64,000 nt of DNA from a virus. The stretch lies in IMG/VR virus record IMGVR_UViG_3300002026_000069, positions 1-64,000 of that record; one strand, written 5' to 3'. How positions within the stretch are numbered: the first letter of the stretch is position 1; every line of letters starts with the position of its first letter. The position numbers and the translations under genes are program-made. A model generated the notes under the pieces. The model was not told where the DNA came from. It ran no database searches and was given only the letters and a program-made list of their open reading frames with translations. Below, piece after piece: positions 1-11,600 of this stretch.

Positions 1-595
1 TGAATACATCGGATTCCTTCTCAGGTTGCTGAGATGCGATATTTTCAAGCCACCAATCCATACGATTGATAATCATTACAGTACGAAGCACAGTCCAGAC
101 ATCTTTCGGGAGTTCCGTGCGGTACAGAGGCTCCTTCTTTATTTCCTTCTTGATAACAAAGATATCAACCTTGAGAACAGTGAGGACTGCATCTCTCATG
201 AATTTAATAATTTCCCACTGTGAGAACTGAACGGTTGTTCTCTGTGATATTGCACCCATCATTGCGGCAATATCACGCATGTTGCTTTCAATGGCGTGAG
301 ATGCGGCTTTAAGCGGTTCTGTTTCTTGCTCAACTTCTTCAGCGTTGAGAATTTCTTTTACTTCAGAGATATGATAGCGGAAGGAATCACAACCCTCGCA
401 GTTCAAGCACTGTCTTCCTTTGCAAGGCATTCCATCTTCAAAAGGGGGAAGCGCCTTGATATCTGAAAGATAGGAATCAACCTTGTCTTTCTTTGATCCA
501 GGAACACGCAGTTTTCCAGCCTTGATAAGGATCTGGAATGCATCATTTATATTTTTCTTTTTTAGTTCTGGATTCGGAAGCTCGGCGTCTTGCAT
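1..595 (-). CDS. Hypothetical protein with Cys cluster, partial (runs off the left edge; not in ORF track)
   Basis: ATG at 595 with TAAGGAG SD; open frame to position 1 (MQDAELPNPELKKK...CKGRQCLNCEGCDS...). Confidence 0.8.
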   Translation of the reverse strand, partial: MQDAELPNPELKKKNINDAFQILIKAGKLRVPGSKKDKVDSYLSDIKALPPFEDGMPCKGRQCLNCEGCDSFRYHISEVKEILNAEEVEQETEPLKAASHAIESNMRDIAAMMGAISQRTTVQFSQWEIIKFMRDAVLTVLKVDIFVIKKEIKKEPLYRTELPKDVWTVLRTVMIINRMDWWLENIASQQPEKESDVF

Positions 596-601
596 GGTTT
601 A

Positions 602-630
602 TCTCCTTAGTGGTCTTATACCTAAAAAAA
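602..630 (-). promoter_or_regulatory. Class E promoter plus SD
   Basis: TTTTTTT-AGGTATAAG-accac-TAAGGAGA on - strand; same layout at 8 other sites. Confidence 0.65.
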
Positions 631-661
631 CAAGCCCCTGACTATGATAGTCAGGGGCTTG
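631..661 (-). terminator. Intrinsic terminator of 690..1040
   Basis: CAAGCCCCTGACTA/TAGTCAGGGGCTTG inverted repeat followed by T7 on - strand. Confidence 0.8.
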
Positions 662-689
662 AACTTTTCCACTTAAGGAAGAGTTTAAA

Positions 690-1040
690 TCAAACAGCAG
701 CAGGCTCGTCATAGGCGATGTCAAGACCGCCATTCTTAGCCTTGCCAGCCTCGACCTTAACGGCATCGCCGCTGAAGTCGAACTTGCTTGCGCCAGTGGA
801 CTTCTGACGAACAGCCTTGATCTTGCGGCTCAGACCACGGACTTCGAAGCTCAGATCCTTGTTTTCGGGCTTCTGAGTCTCCTTGGTCGCGTGAGAGAGC
901 TTGGCGATCAGTTCAGCGGGTTCCGCCATAACATAGGTGCCATCGCTGAACAACACCACGAAAGTGTTGAAGTTCTTGGGCTGCGGGGCCTTACGAGCCT
1001 TACGAGCCTTAGCGGGAGCGGTAGCAGATGCATCAGCCAT
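690..1040 (-). CDS. Small basic protein with Ala/Lys/Arg-rich N-terminus, possibly DNA-binding
   Basis: AKARKARKA repeat; AAGGA SD; own promoter and terminator; GC-richer codons. Confidence 0.6.
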   Translation of the reverse strand: MADASATAPAKARKARKAPQPKNFNTFVVLFSDGTYVMAEPAELIAKLSHATKETQKPENKDLSFEVRGLSRKIKAVRQKSTGASKFDFSGDAVKVEAGKAKNGGLDIAYDEPAAV

Positions 1041-1109
1041 GGTTATATTCCTTAACCGGGTTTGTTGATAGCAGTGGCGGGTTTGGTTTGGTTTGCCACT
1101 GCGATAGAT

Positions 1110-1137
1110 ATATTAAAGATTATGAGCGAATCGTCAA
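1110..1137 (-). promoter_or_regulatory. Class L (sigma70-like) promoter
   Basis: TTGACG-16-TAATAT. Confidence 0.6.
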
Positions 1138-1213
1138 GAGTAAATCTTTTGGGGACCATTGACTGCCTTCAAAGACTTTGTACCAGAATAATATATTTTT
1201 TTTCTTTTTAGGG

Positions 1214-1241
1214 TTGACTAGGAACCAGTTTAGAATATTAT
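1214..1241 (+). promoter_or_regulatory. Class L promoter of the portal operon
   Basis: TTGACT-16-TATTAT. Confidence 0.6.
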
Positions 1242-1267
1242 AGAACATAAGTCAAGGGGTTAACCTT

Positions 1268-2194
1268 ATGGGTCTTGCTGGAATTATCTTCGATATCTAC
1301 GACGATGCAAACTACTCCGTCCTACGGGAAGGTGGTGAGAAGATTGCTTCGTGCAGCTTTGAGTCTTCAGAAAAGCTTTCTAAGCTTTCTGATTCAGCTT
1401 TCGCTGTAATCATCAAGACAGCGGAGGGTGATATACTAAGAAAGTATCCCCGACATACTCCTGACTCTATAAAGGTTTCGGCCTTCTACTTGAATAAAGT
1501 AAAGAACACTCTGCCTGAAAACATCAAAGTAGCTGCAATAGATGGATTAGTAAACAAAAAGACGAACTACGTAGATATGACAAAAGAACCCGTAGCTATA
1601 TCTAAGACTGCAAATTATGGACTAACTATTAATGGAAAGTCATACTTCCCATTAGATACGAAAGAACAAGTCAAAACAGCAGTTGCAACATTTAAATTAA
1701 CTTGCGATAAGCTTATACCAAGTGAACGCTACGAACTAGCTCAAAATATTATTAAAGTTGCTAGTGTTCATAATGTGGAACTAAACAACGATATTCATAA
1801 GTATTCATTAACTGAAGTTAGTAAGCTCGCTTGGCTACAAGGTGTAAAAGCCCGTCAGTCTGAATGTCTCGATAAAGAAAAGATTGCAGCACTCAAGGCG
1901 TACAAGCCAGAGTCAACTAAAAATGCCTTGTCTTTTCTCGCTGAGTTTGATAAAAATGCAGGGTTAACCAATAAGGTTCCAGATATCTACACATCAGTCT
2001 TTGCTGACGTTATGAAGATAGCTGGGTTAAAGGTTGCTTCAAAGAGTGATAAGATTAAATCAATTTCGGTTGATCTTATCAAAGAAGCTTACGGAAAGGA
2101 ATTTGCAGACGGATGGGCTTCTGATCCTGTAGCGGTGTATGAATCAATGCCCGTTCCAGTGAAAGAAGAGTTAGATGCAAGATTCCTTAAATAA
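1268..2194 (+). CDS. Putative head-internal or scaffold-associated protein, K-x-A rich
   Basis: About 10 K-[TIVL]-A motifs (EKIA, KTA, KVA, KLA); in portal operon. Confidence 0.5.
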   Translation: MGLAGIIFDIYDDANYSVLREGGEKIASCSFESSEKLSKLSDSAFAVIIKTAEGDILRKYPRHTPDSIKVSAFYLNKVKNTLPENIKVAAIDGLVNKKTNYVDMTKEPVAISKTANYGLTINGKSYFPLDTKEQVKTAVATFKLTCDKLIPSERYELAQNIIKVASVHNVELNNDIHKYSLTEVSKLAWLQGVKARQSECLDKEKIAALKAYKPESTKNALSFLAEFDKNAGLTNKVPDIYTSVFADVMKIAGLKVASKSDKIKSISVDLIKEAYGKEFADGWASDPVAVYESMPVPVKEELDARFLK

Positions 2195-2888
2195 TGAAGA
2201 AAGAATTCAGCAGGATAAAAAGAGAGCAATTAAGTTAGCTTTAAGTCTTCCTGCTGGACATATAACCTCAAAGACGCCGGTTGCTTTAGCAATCGCTGCT
2301 GCTTTAAAAAATCGCCCTTATAAAGAAGAGATTAAATCTGGTTCCGTAAGCTTAGATAATCTCTCTCCAATTGATCTTCATGGAACATTAGGTTCCATTC
2401 ATCCTGATTGGTATACATGGCTTCCAGAAACTATCTGGAATGAGTTTCCATGTAATAAGAATACAAAAGAAAAAATCAGAGCAGTTCAGACTGTAATTAC
2501 GACTCCAGATACGCAATTTGATGTAGATGCATTCAGTCACATACTAGAAGCCTTCAATGGACATATTCCAGACTGGTCCATCTTACATCCATTACCTTGC
2601 GAAGAGATTGTATATGGATGGAATCAATTAAAGTTAATCAGAAAAGATTTTGAGCTTTGGCCTGATGTTATCAATTACATTAAGGCATGCATGATGGAAG
2701 ATGGAGTTGTATATTTACCTTGGCTGGACATTGAGTTCACAAATGGAGTTGAATTCCCTCTAACAAACCTTAAGATTGTTTGGGACAAACTTAAGGATGC
2801 TACTTTGAAGATCAACATTGAAGATCCTTTGCATGTTCAGATTGCGAACTTGCAAGACATTGCTGCTTACCTTAAGGCAATGCCATGA
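2175..2888 (+). CDS. Hypothetical protein
   Basis: 237-aa ORF overlapping both neighbours. Confidence 0.7.
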   Translation: MQDSLNNEERIQQDKKRAIKLALSLPAGHITSKTPVALAIAAALKNRPYKEEIKSGSVSLDNLSPIDLHGTLGSIHPDWYTWLPETIWNEFPCNKNTKEKIRAVQTVITTPDTQFDVDAFSHILEAFNGHIPDWSILHPLPCEEIVYGWNQLKLIRKDFELWPDVINYIKACMMEDGVVYLPWLDIEFTNGVEFPLTNLKIVWDKLKDATLKINIEDPLHVQIANLQDIAAYLKAMP

Positions 2889-3634
2889 GTGCATATGGAT
2901 GCATCTATCTATTAACTAGTCCATCTGGCAAACATTATGTTGGTCAGACGATAGAGGATTTTGAATCGTATTTTCATACACAATATGTAGTTAGAAAAGG
3001 TTCTTGCAGAACCGCTCTATTCAATGCTATTAATAAGTACGGCATAGAAAATTTTACCAAGCAAGTTATCATAACTTGCATGACTAAAGAATCTTTGGAT
3101 CAGGCTGAGATAGATTCAATTAAAGAATACAATTCAATTGAGAATGGTTACAATATAAGAGAAGGAGGATCACATGGTAAGCATGCTCCGACTTCAAAGG
3201 TTTTCTCTGAAGAATATAGACAAAATATGAGTGAGATGATGAAGGGTAGAGTGTTTACGGAAGAGCATAAGCTTAAAATTAGCAATACATTAAAAAACAA
3301 TAAAATTGTTATTGAACAAATAACTAAACTAGGAAAATCCAATTCTGGAAAAGTCATTTCAGAAGAACAAAGATTACAAATTAGTAATACGCTAAAAGGA
3401 AATCAGAACGCATTTGGAAATAAATGGACAGAAGAGGCAAAGACTGCTTTTTCTAAGAAAAAAGAAGTTTATAACTATATTATAAAAGATCCAGACGGGA
3501 AAGAGCATCATTGCTCTAATCTAAAAAAGTTTTGTAGGGAGAATAATCTTCCGAAATCTAATCTTGTTATGGGAAAATATAAGGGTTGGATTCTCCTTTC
3601 TAAGATCATGTTAGATAAAGGAGAAGTTGTATGA
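2885..3634 (+). CDS. GIY-YIG homing endonuclease with NUMOD3-like repeats
   Basis: GCIY...HYVGQT, conserved E and GYN; SEEYRQNMS/TEEHKLKIS/SEEQRLQIS repeats. Confidence 0.9.
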   Translation: MSAYGCIYLLTSPSGKHYVGQTIEDFESYFHTQYVVRKGSCRTALFNAINKYGIENFTKQVIITCMTKESLDQAEIDSIKEYNSIENGYNIREGGSHGKHAPTSKVFSEEYRQNMSEMMKGRVFTEEHKLKISNTLKNNKIVIEQITKLGKSNSGKVISEEQRLQISNTLKGNQNAFGNKWTEEAKTAFSKKKEVYNYIIKDPDGKEHHCSNLKKFCRENNLPKSNLVMGKYKGWILLSKIMLDKGEVV

Positions 3635-5508
3635 GTGCGTCTACTGAGTTCGTTGCCAACTATAGTCGTAAAAATATCGCATATCCAAGCCCCTTTTTCG
3701 ACATAGGGCAGAAATATATACCTCGTAGCGTAAAAGAGGTATTCCGCTGGACAAAATACCATTATGTTTCATCGAGTATTATATACCCGATTGTAAACAA
3801 GATGTGCGAATACCCGATGACAGGGTTAACGTACAGCATAGAGTCTGAGACTTGGAAGAAAACTCTTGAAGATGTATTAGATATTAGATCGTTTTTAATT
3901 TCTGTTCATCAGAGCGTATTCGTTTATGGAAACGCATTCGTTCTTATGAACTATCCGTTTGTAAGATATTTAATAACTCCATCTGGTAAGCGTATTAAAG
4001 CTGCTGAGATTGATTATAAAATAAAGTTCGAAAATAAGAAGTGGTTCTTCTACGGGAGAGATCCCGAAACGAAGATGGAATGCAAATTTAAAGTCCAAGA
4101 TATCTTCGTTGCTAATAAGAATATGGTTAAGTTGGTCATGATTGACCCGCTTAACGTAGATATCGATTATAACTCATTTACTGGTGATGCGTACTATAAG
4201 TACAGTATTCCAGCAGATGAGAAGCGTAAGATTCACGCTAACGCTAAAGTTTATCTCGATTCTACCCCTCAGATCATCTTTGATTCAATTGCTTCCAATA
4301 AAGCAATCCTCATGGATGAGAATCACTTCTTCCACTTCAAGCGTCCAACGATTGCTGGACTCTGGCCTGGATGGGGAACGCCTGGACTTGTTCCAGTTCT
4401 GAAAGACATTCATTACTTCAGCGTTCTCAGGAAAGCTAATGAAGCATTAGCTCTTCAGAGAATCGTTCCGCTGATGGTTCTCTTCCCGAATGCAAACGCT
4501 GATGTTACACCATTTAAGTCTTTAAACCTTTCAGATTGGAAACGTAAGGTCGAAGAAGAGTTAATGAAGTGGCGTCGTGATCCGAATTACATTCCGGTCA
4601 TGCCAGTTCCAATTGGACAAGAGCTTTTAGGTGGTGATGCTAAAGGCTTGATGGTAACTCAAGAGATGGAATTCATTGCTCGCGGAATTGCGGCTGCAAT
4701 TGGAGTTCCGTTAGAGTTTATTCAAGGTGGACTATCTTGGTCAGGTTCATCTGTAAGCTTACGTATCTTAGAAAATACATTTATTAAGCAACGTGAAGAA
4801 GATTTAAGCTTCTTAAATAACTTCTTAATTCCAAGATTAGCAAAGTATTTCAAGCTTCCTAAGATCAACATCGGTCTTAAGTCATTCAAGATGGCTGATG
4901 ATGTTCAGTTCCAGCAGATCATGTTCAACGCCATGCAGGGTGGCTTTATCTCACGTAAGAGATTCCTTGATCAGTTTGATATTCCTCATAGCGAGGAATA
5001 CACACAGATGAAGAAAGAACATGCTGAGCTATCATCTATTCAGCGTGACGATCTTATTCAGCAGACTGAGGTTCAAGCTCTTGCTAATTCTATAAACGCT
5101 AGATCGCAAGCAATAGCACAGATTGAAGCTCAAAAGATTCAGCAAGAATATAAAGAGAAATCAACTGCTGATATCAATACACAGGTTTCAACTCAAGATA
5201 TAGCTCATAAGTATGCTGCTCAGATATTAAGTATGCCTCCTGAATCTGCAAATGGAATTCTTGCTCAAATGCAGCAAGAGATGCCAACGATGTTTGAGTT
5301 GGTTCAGGAAGCAATGAAGGAGATGCAGGCTCAAGCTGTTGCGGAAGATCAACAGCCACAACAAGCTCCGCAAGTAGTGCAGGCTCCTGCACAACCACCT
5401 ATCGGTGGACATGTTGGGCTAAAGCCTCAAACTAAGCAAAAGCAAGTGAACATGAAGCCTCTTCCCACTACTAAGCCACCGCAACGGCAAGGCGGAAGTC
5501 CTGTATGA
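3631..5508 (+). CDS. Portal protein
   Basis: VYGNAFV, FHFKRP...GWGTP, IAAAIGVPLEF.GG motifs typical of portals; Q/P-rich tail; 625 aa. Confidence 0.8.
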   Translation: MSASTEFVANYSRKNIAYPSPFFDIGQKYIPRSVKEVFRWTKYHYVSSSIIYPIVNKMCEYPMTGLTYSIESETWKKTLEDVLDIRSFLISVHQSVFVYGNAFVLMNYPFVRYLITPSGKRIKAAEIDYKIKFENKKWFFYGRDPETKMECKFKVQDIFVANKNMVKLVMIDPLNVDIDYNSFTGDAYYKYSIPADEKRKIHANAKVYLDSTPQIIFDSIASNKAILMDENHFFHFKRPTIAGLWPGWGTPGLVPVLKDIHYFSVLRKANEALALQRIVPLMVLFPNANADVTPFKSLNLSDWKRKVEEELMKWRRDPNYIPVMPVPIGQELLGGDAKGLMVTQEMEFIARGIAAAIGVPLEFIQGGLSWSGSSVSLRILENTFIKQREEDLSFLNNFLIPRLAKYFKLPKINIGLKSFKMADDVQFQQIMFNAMQGGFISRKRFLDQFDIPHSEEYTQMKKEHAELSSIQRDDLIQQTEVQALANSINARSQAIAQIEAQKIQQEYKEKSTADINTQVSTQDIAHKYAAQILSMPPESANGILAQMQQEMPTMFELVQEAMKEMQAQAVAEDQQPQQAPQVVQAPAQPPIGGHVGLKPQTKQKQVNMKPLPTTKPPQRQGGSPV

Positions 5509-6905
5509 GTAGCGTAGATACATCAGTATATCCAAGTGCGTTTGATCCAGAGAAATTCTTTCTTCCGGCATCAAATAATACTAAGACTACATTAGCAACG
5601 TATGTTGCTCCTAACCAACTTAATAATATTAATGTTGTAAGCACTAACGGATTTCCAGATGAAGGCGTTATATCAATTGATAATGAAGTAATATACTATA
5701 GATCAAAAACTACTTCATCATTTAGAAATATCACAAGAGGTTACGACGGAACAATCAGCTTCCAACATGCCACGGGTTCCTCCGTTGAGCTTCGTTGGGT
5801 AGCTGCTCATCATAATCGTCTAAAGAATGCTGTTAAGGCAGTTCAGCGTACTTTAGGTATTAATCCACAAGGATCATTTCCTGATGTAGCATCACGCCTA
5901 AATGCCGCGTTCTCTTCTGCTAACAGAAGAACATCTATTATATTTAATAAGAATGATGGATTAACTGCATCTGAAACTGGATATAGTGATGGTCCGCACT
6001 TAGCCCGTATGTTTCTCTCACCAGAGAGATTTATTAATGTTTCGAAGTTTCATCCGGTAGTCTTCGTTGACGGACTAGCTCAACATCAGAATGATCCTTT
6101 TATTTTAGTTGATAACGCTCAGATCTCATCACTTGATGTAAACGATGGGACGAATAAGGGCATTATAACTTGTTCAACAGCATCATTCCTTGGTTCTGGT
6201 ATCCAGGTTGGAGATCTTGTTGTAGTTAAGGGAACTCCAACAAATAACGATGCATATATAATCGACTCAGTTCTTTCAAATACTCAGCTAAAGGTAACTG
6301 AAATTATCTTTGGAGTAGATCAGTTAGTTGGAGCAATTGGAACCATTACAGTTATAAGTGTAACAAGCATTACATCTCCAGTAAAAGATGTTGTTTGTGT
6401 TCCAGTTGGATTCGCATCTTCAGATGAAGCTGATGCGGTTATATTCCTAGATCCTCCAACAACAGATCAGGTTGTCAGAGTTAACTATGATGTAAAGAAC
6501 GCTAGTGCCGCAGTTATATACAGCACTCCAATTGCCATCGTTGCTGATTATAATGCTCCAACGAATTCAAGCTCTATAACAGCTAATGGAAATAGCATCT
6601 TCACCCTAAATATTGGCAGAAGCAGAGCATTAGCTTTTAAAGTAAGATTATCTTCAACGACATCTCCACAGCCAACTAATGTGAAGATAGAAATCTATGG
6701 CAAGAATGATCTAACAGAAAGGCAATATCTGGCTGAGTATGTAGATCTATCTACTGGTGAGTTTATAGATAATGGTGTGTGGCATTTTGAGAATAAAGAT
6801 TTAGTTGAAACTTCTCATGCATATGTAAAGATTACAGATCTTTCGAATCAAGCTTTCGACTACACATTCATATTTGAAGTAGAGGCCCTGGGAAACAATG
6901 TCTAA
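5505..6905 (+). CDS. Virion structural protein
   Basis: IDNEVIYY...ITRGYDGT...H..G..V module common in phage structural proteins; HHNRLKNAVKAVQRTLG. Confidence 0.6.
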   Translation: MSSVDTSVYPSAFDPEKFFLPASNNTKTTLATYVAPNQLNNINVVSTNGFPDEGVISIDNEVIYYRSKTTSSFRNITRGYDGTISFQHATGSSVELRWVAAHHNRLKNAVKAVQRTLGINPQGSFPDVASRLNAAFSSANRRTSIIFNKNDGLTASETGYSDGPHLARMFLSPERFINVSKFHPVVFVDGLAQHQNDPFILVDNAQISSLDVNDGTNKGIITCSTASFLGSGIQVGDLVVVKGTPTNNDAYIIDSVLSNTQLKVTEIIFGVDQLVGAIGTITVISVTSITSPVKDVVCVPVGFASSDEADAVIFLDPPTTDQVVRVNYDVKNASAAVIYSTPIAIVADYNAPTNSSSITANGNSIFTLNIGRSRALAFKVRLSSTTSPQPTNVKIEIYGKNDLTERQYLAEYVDLSTGEFIDNGVWHFENKDLVETSHAYVKITDLSNQAFDYTFIFEVEALGNNV

Positions 6906-8634
6906 AGATCTCTTTACCCTGCGTGATTCAGATGGCCGTCTATTAAAATATGATGGAGTTGGCTGGAATACCATTGGAACCTACACGCCTGTAAGCTGGC
7001 CTGCTGCTCAGTACAGATTATGGTCTTTGTTTTCATTCAGAGGTCAGCTACATACATTCTGGATGAGTAATAGCTCTTCATTAACTTATAACATTGGAAG
7101 ATATTCAGGAACAGATATAACTTTAGTTTCTTCTATCAATCCAGGTAGCTCAAACATCAATACCCGTATTTCGAATTGGGTAAACTACCGTGGAGTGATG
7201 TATTGCATTCTTAGAAGAACTAATTCTACAAACTTTCTAGTTCTTTCATTTGACGGCACTAACTTATTTATTAGAACAGCTACAGAAATGGGAGCTTGGA
7301 ATACCCCAAGTAATGATCAAGGTTTCAATATGGCGTCAATGAACTTATTTGTTCATGACGAAAGATTATTTCTTGGCGGAAGATGCTTAGTTGCACATTC
7401 TACAACTGAGTATAGAGTTAGAAATTGGCTATATGAATTAGATATTCAATCTTCAATTGTTACATCAGTTGCTATTCCACTTCTGAACGCAGCATCTACA
7501 AACATTCATTATTCGGCTACAAGCTCATTAACTGACTTGCAGTTATTCGATGCATTAAATGGAGGCATGCATTCATTTAGTTTAAACGGAAAACTCTACA
7601 GAATGGCCCCAAGCGGTATTCTTGCAGAGATTAGTGATATAAATTACGCCAAGACGCCAAAGTTTGATATCCGTGATGATGTTATCATGGCACGCGGAAC
7701 AGTTACAACAACCGCCGTTGGTGATTCTACTTATCCAATTAAGTTCGCAGCTACAGTTGACATGGGATCTTGGTTCCCAAATGTAGTTGGCGCTAAGGTT
7801 TCATATGGCGGCGAAGATGGTATAGTTGTTGGATTCAACACAGCAAATCTAAGAGAACTAAGAGTTCTTAAACTTGATGGCACTGCTTTCACTCCAGTAC
7901 CTAACGGTGCTGTGGTAACGGTCACATATGGCCTCGCCTATGGATTTAGCTCTGCTTCATTAACCGCATTCGCAACAACATATATAGACACTGAGATTGT
8001 AAATGGCGTTGCATATATATGCATAACTGGAAGAAATCCATTACAAGGATCTTCTAATAACGCTGCTGGAAATAAGACATTCATAATTAAGTATGATGGT
8101 GTTAATCCTCCATCATATTATGAATTAACTGTTCTAGGCAACAAACCTAATGCATGGGGCATGGATCTCTATAAAGATCCAGAAGATAATAAATTACATC
8201 TCACTTGGGCAGACGCATTCGGGGCATTGTATCATCATGCGTATTTCGATACATTAACTGATACATGGACTTATATAGGCTCATTCCAAGGATACACATA
8301 TAGCTCAGCGAGAGAATCAGCAAGTCAGAACAATGTATGGGGATGGGCTACGAACGAAGGCGATGCCACTATTACAGCAGTTGCAAACAACGCTACTGGA
8401 ACAAATTGCACCATTACATATATCCTGTATAGTCAGGACTCCCACACAATTAATGTGGCGGTCGAATACGATGTTGGAAATGGATATCAAACATCAACAT
8501 CTGCTGGTGGAGATGGCGTAACGAATCTCACTTCTTCTCCAAGTGGATTAACCAAGACATTCATTCACAACAACGCAGTTGATTTGCCTGCGTACTCAGG
8601 GCCGATACAATATCGGGTAAGAATACTTCCCTGA
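6898..8634 (+). CDS. Beta-rich virion protein, possible propeller plus C-terminal Ig-like domain
   Basis: S/T/G/N/aromatic-rich 578 aa within structural operon. Confidence 0.5.
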   Translation: MSKDLFTLRDSDGRLLKYDGVGWNTIGTYTPVSWPAAQYRLWSLFSFRGQLHTFWMSNSSSLTYNIGRYSGTDITLVSSINPGSSNINTRISNWVNYRGVMYCILRRTNSTNFLVLSFDGTNLFIRTATEMGAWNTPSNDQGFNMASMNLFVHDERLFLGGRCLVAHSTTEYRVRNWLYELDIQSSIVTSVAIPLLNAASTNIHYSATSSLTDLQLFDALNGGMHSFSLNGKLYRMAPSGILAEISDINYAKTPKFDIRDDVIMARGTVTTTAVGDSTYPIKFAATVDMGSWFPNVVGAKVSYGGEDGIVVGFNTANLRELRVLKLDGTAFTPVPNGAVVTVTYGLAYGFSSASLTAFATTYIDTEIVNGVAYICITGRNPLQGSSNNAAGNKTFIIKYDGVNPPSYYELTVLGNKPNAWGMDLYKDPEDNKLHLTWADAFGALYHHAYFDTLTDTWTYIGSFQGYTYSSARESASQNNVWGWATNEGDATITAVANNATGTNCTITYILYSQDSHTINVAVEYDVGNGYQTSTSAGGDGVTNLTSSPSGLTKTFIHNNAVDLPAYSGPIQYRVRILP

Positions 8635-8643
8635 GAGTGAATA

Positions 8644-11600
8644 ATGGACTCAAACTTCCCATCTCAATTATCGGCTTTAAGTAAAAGTGGGATTATAACC
8701 TCAAGACCAACGCGAGTTGGTGGATTGAGTGGTTATGGGTCAGTTTCCCATAATCCATCTATTATTTTCGCTTCTGAAAATTATCCATATGACGTTACAA
8801 TTTATTCTGTAACGAGAATGGACGGCAAGATTGAAATTCAATTTAAAGTTGCATGTACATTTCCTAATCCTCCTTGCCCGAATGTAAATTACAATTTATC
8901 ACAATGCAGGTTCTCTCCAGATAATGGAGTAACATGGGTTGTAATGACGCCAGATACGGGACATGTTGATCATGACGCTGGGCCATTCGTTGTAGATGAA
9001 ACAACTATTTATAAGTTTATTTGGGATTACACTGAAGATGTTCCTTCTACTTGCGTTATAGAGAAGTATCTTGTTAGAATTGAAGTAAATGATGGTGTCA
9101 TTTCCAACTCATCAAATAATGGCATCGGTTCTACCGATGACTTCATTAACGTTGTGTATACACATCCTGAAAACGGAAAATTATATCTTGGATTCATTGT
9201 AAACACTTTTGATACCGATGTATTCTGCCTACAGTCAGTTGAATGGTCTAGAGATAATATAAACTGGTTTCCAGCTACAAATGACGCTGCGGATCCAGCT
9301 AACTCAGCCATTCCAAGACAGACGCACCAGTTGAATGTGTTTGTTTGGGATTGGCAAAAAGATACAAATGATGCAAATAATACATGTGTAAGATTCTCAG
9401 TTTATAAACTTGGAGCTACTGAACCAGAGATTGATAGAATTGAACAAATTCGTTTTGATGTACAATATTCAAATAGCTCTGGTGTATTTTATGATGGATG
9501 GATTTATTCGCATGGTGGTGGATCAAGTTCACTTACTGAGATTTTAGATATAAAAGCTAACATTGGAGGAAGAGCGGAGATCACTATAGGTGATAGTACG
9601 TTAAATTCAGAGTTTGCGTTGGTTTTACAACCTGGGACTTTTATAAATATCTACGGATCATCTCTTGGAAACAATGTAACCAATGCCGTAATACATTCTT
9701 TTATTGGTAATGTTGTTACATTAACAACGACACTTGTTAATGACGAAAATCTACCAGCTAATTGTGTATTAACAGGCAGAGATCCACAGACATTAGATAG
9801 TGATAACCACAGAGAAACATTTTTTAGGTTTAATCCAACTACATATGAAGTCGAGTATAATCATATAAATGTTTGGAATAATACAAATACATTAAACCCA
9901 TCTCTCGATAAAGATGGTGTTGCGCTGTCCATGTCAAGACAGTTTAGCCAATCTCACTCATTCTTAGATGAAAAGAATGGTAATTGGGTAATTGTTAGAG
10001 GTATGCGTAATACAGCATTGGCTAGTTCGTTGGGTAGCCATCTGCATATTATGTATTACAACTTCGAAAAGAAGTTTTGGAAAGTGCTTTTCAAAGGAGC
10101 TAATGGATTACCGTATCCAAATAATCAACAGGCTGCAACATGGGTTCATGATGGCTGGTTTTATTGGATTGGTGGATACTTATTAGGTCAAGATGGTTCT
10201 GCTGGCGTTCCAATGTTCTATCGGATAAATATAGATTCAATGTATACTGGCAACTTGATCTGCGAAGATCTCATGCCAAATACAAATTCAGTTCCAGGAG
10301 TTGCAACTCAACCAGTAAGTCCATATCAAATTGGAACTTCTACTCTATCTCATAATCCAGTTACCGTTGGACCTGGAGTGTATACTGCAACTCCATCAAC
10401 TGGATATAACTCATTCGCCAGAAGCGATGCCAGAGCAATTATAATTCCAAACACAAATGGTAAGGCTATAATTCCTGGTGGAACTGTTATGTATAACAGA
10501 TACCAATTCAATCCATATGGTCACACCATATGGGGTGATTCTCTGATTTACGATCCAGTTGCTCATCATGTTGAATCAGTTCCGCTTCCAAATATAAATG
10601 GCGCACAAGGTTCAAGAGTATACGCGCAGAATGGCGCTGTGGTCATGGTTGGCGGAACTGATCGCTTAACCAGATCACCTGTTCTATATACCTATGATCC
10701 ATGCTTTAATCTCTGGAGAAACAGTGGATATCCAACAAACATTGGAGAAATCAGAAGGCCCTTCTCAGCTTTTGATGAGGCTAATAATCAATGGTATATT
10801 TGGGGAAGTCAGGATTCACAGTTAAATGTTCCTAATATTGAAGGAAGACTAGCTAATAGATTCTTCATTCAACAACCTCCAACTCAATCTTCTGGAACAA
10901 AGTGCTTCGTATTTACGAATCGTGCCGATACTTGGTCATTTGGACCTGGAGAAGAGTTTCCTGACTTCAATCAAGCCATGGAATCTATGGTTAACTTCTA
11001 CCATGGAACTCCGTTACCTGGGGACCAATTCTTGTTAGGAAGTGGTGGACCGTTCAGAGAAACGAAACCATTAAATTTCTATCCGTTCCGTTTAAATACG
11101 AATGGACATAAGATAGTTATTGCATCAAAAGATAAAGATAATAGAATCACATTTACTGGTGATCAGATTATTCCTAATAATACTTTTGTTAAGTACATTG
11201 AGAATCTTGAACCAAAAGAGAGTATGGAAGTATGGAAGAGTGATTGGCTGAAGTGTAAGTACACCAATACAACTTGGATAGATATTTATGAGAATGGAAA
11301 GTTCATTCTTCAGAAGAATACTCTCGCTGAAGTTGAAGCTACTCCAGGTAGCTACTTCATAGATAATGATTATACATTATACATACATGCCTCAGATTCT
11401 TCTCAGATAAGAATAAATCATCTTACTTTTGAAGCTACACTACAAAAAAATATATTTCAATGGGAATCCATTGACGAAACAGATAAATGTCAGGGAATTA
11501 ATTTCGTTGATATAGATATCGTACATGCAAATGGTTGCGCTATCGTCTTTAATAGATATCAAACTGAATATGATTCGTTTGATGGATTCACAATGCTTAA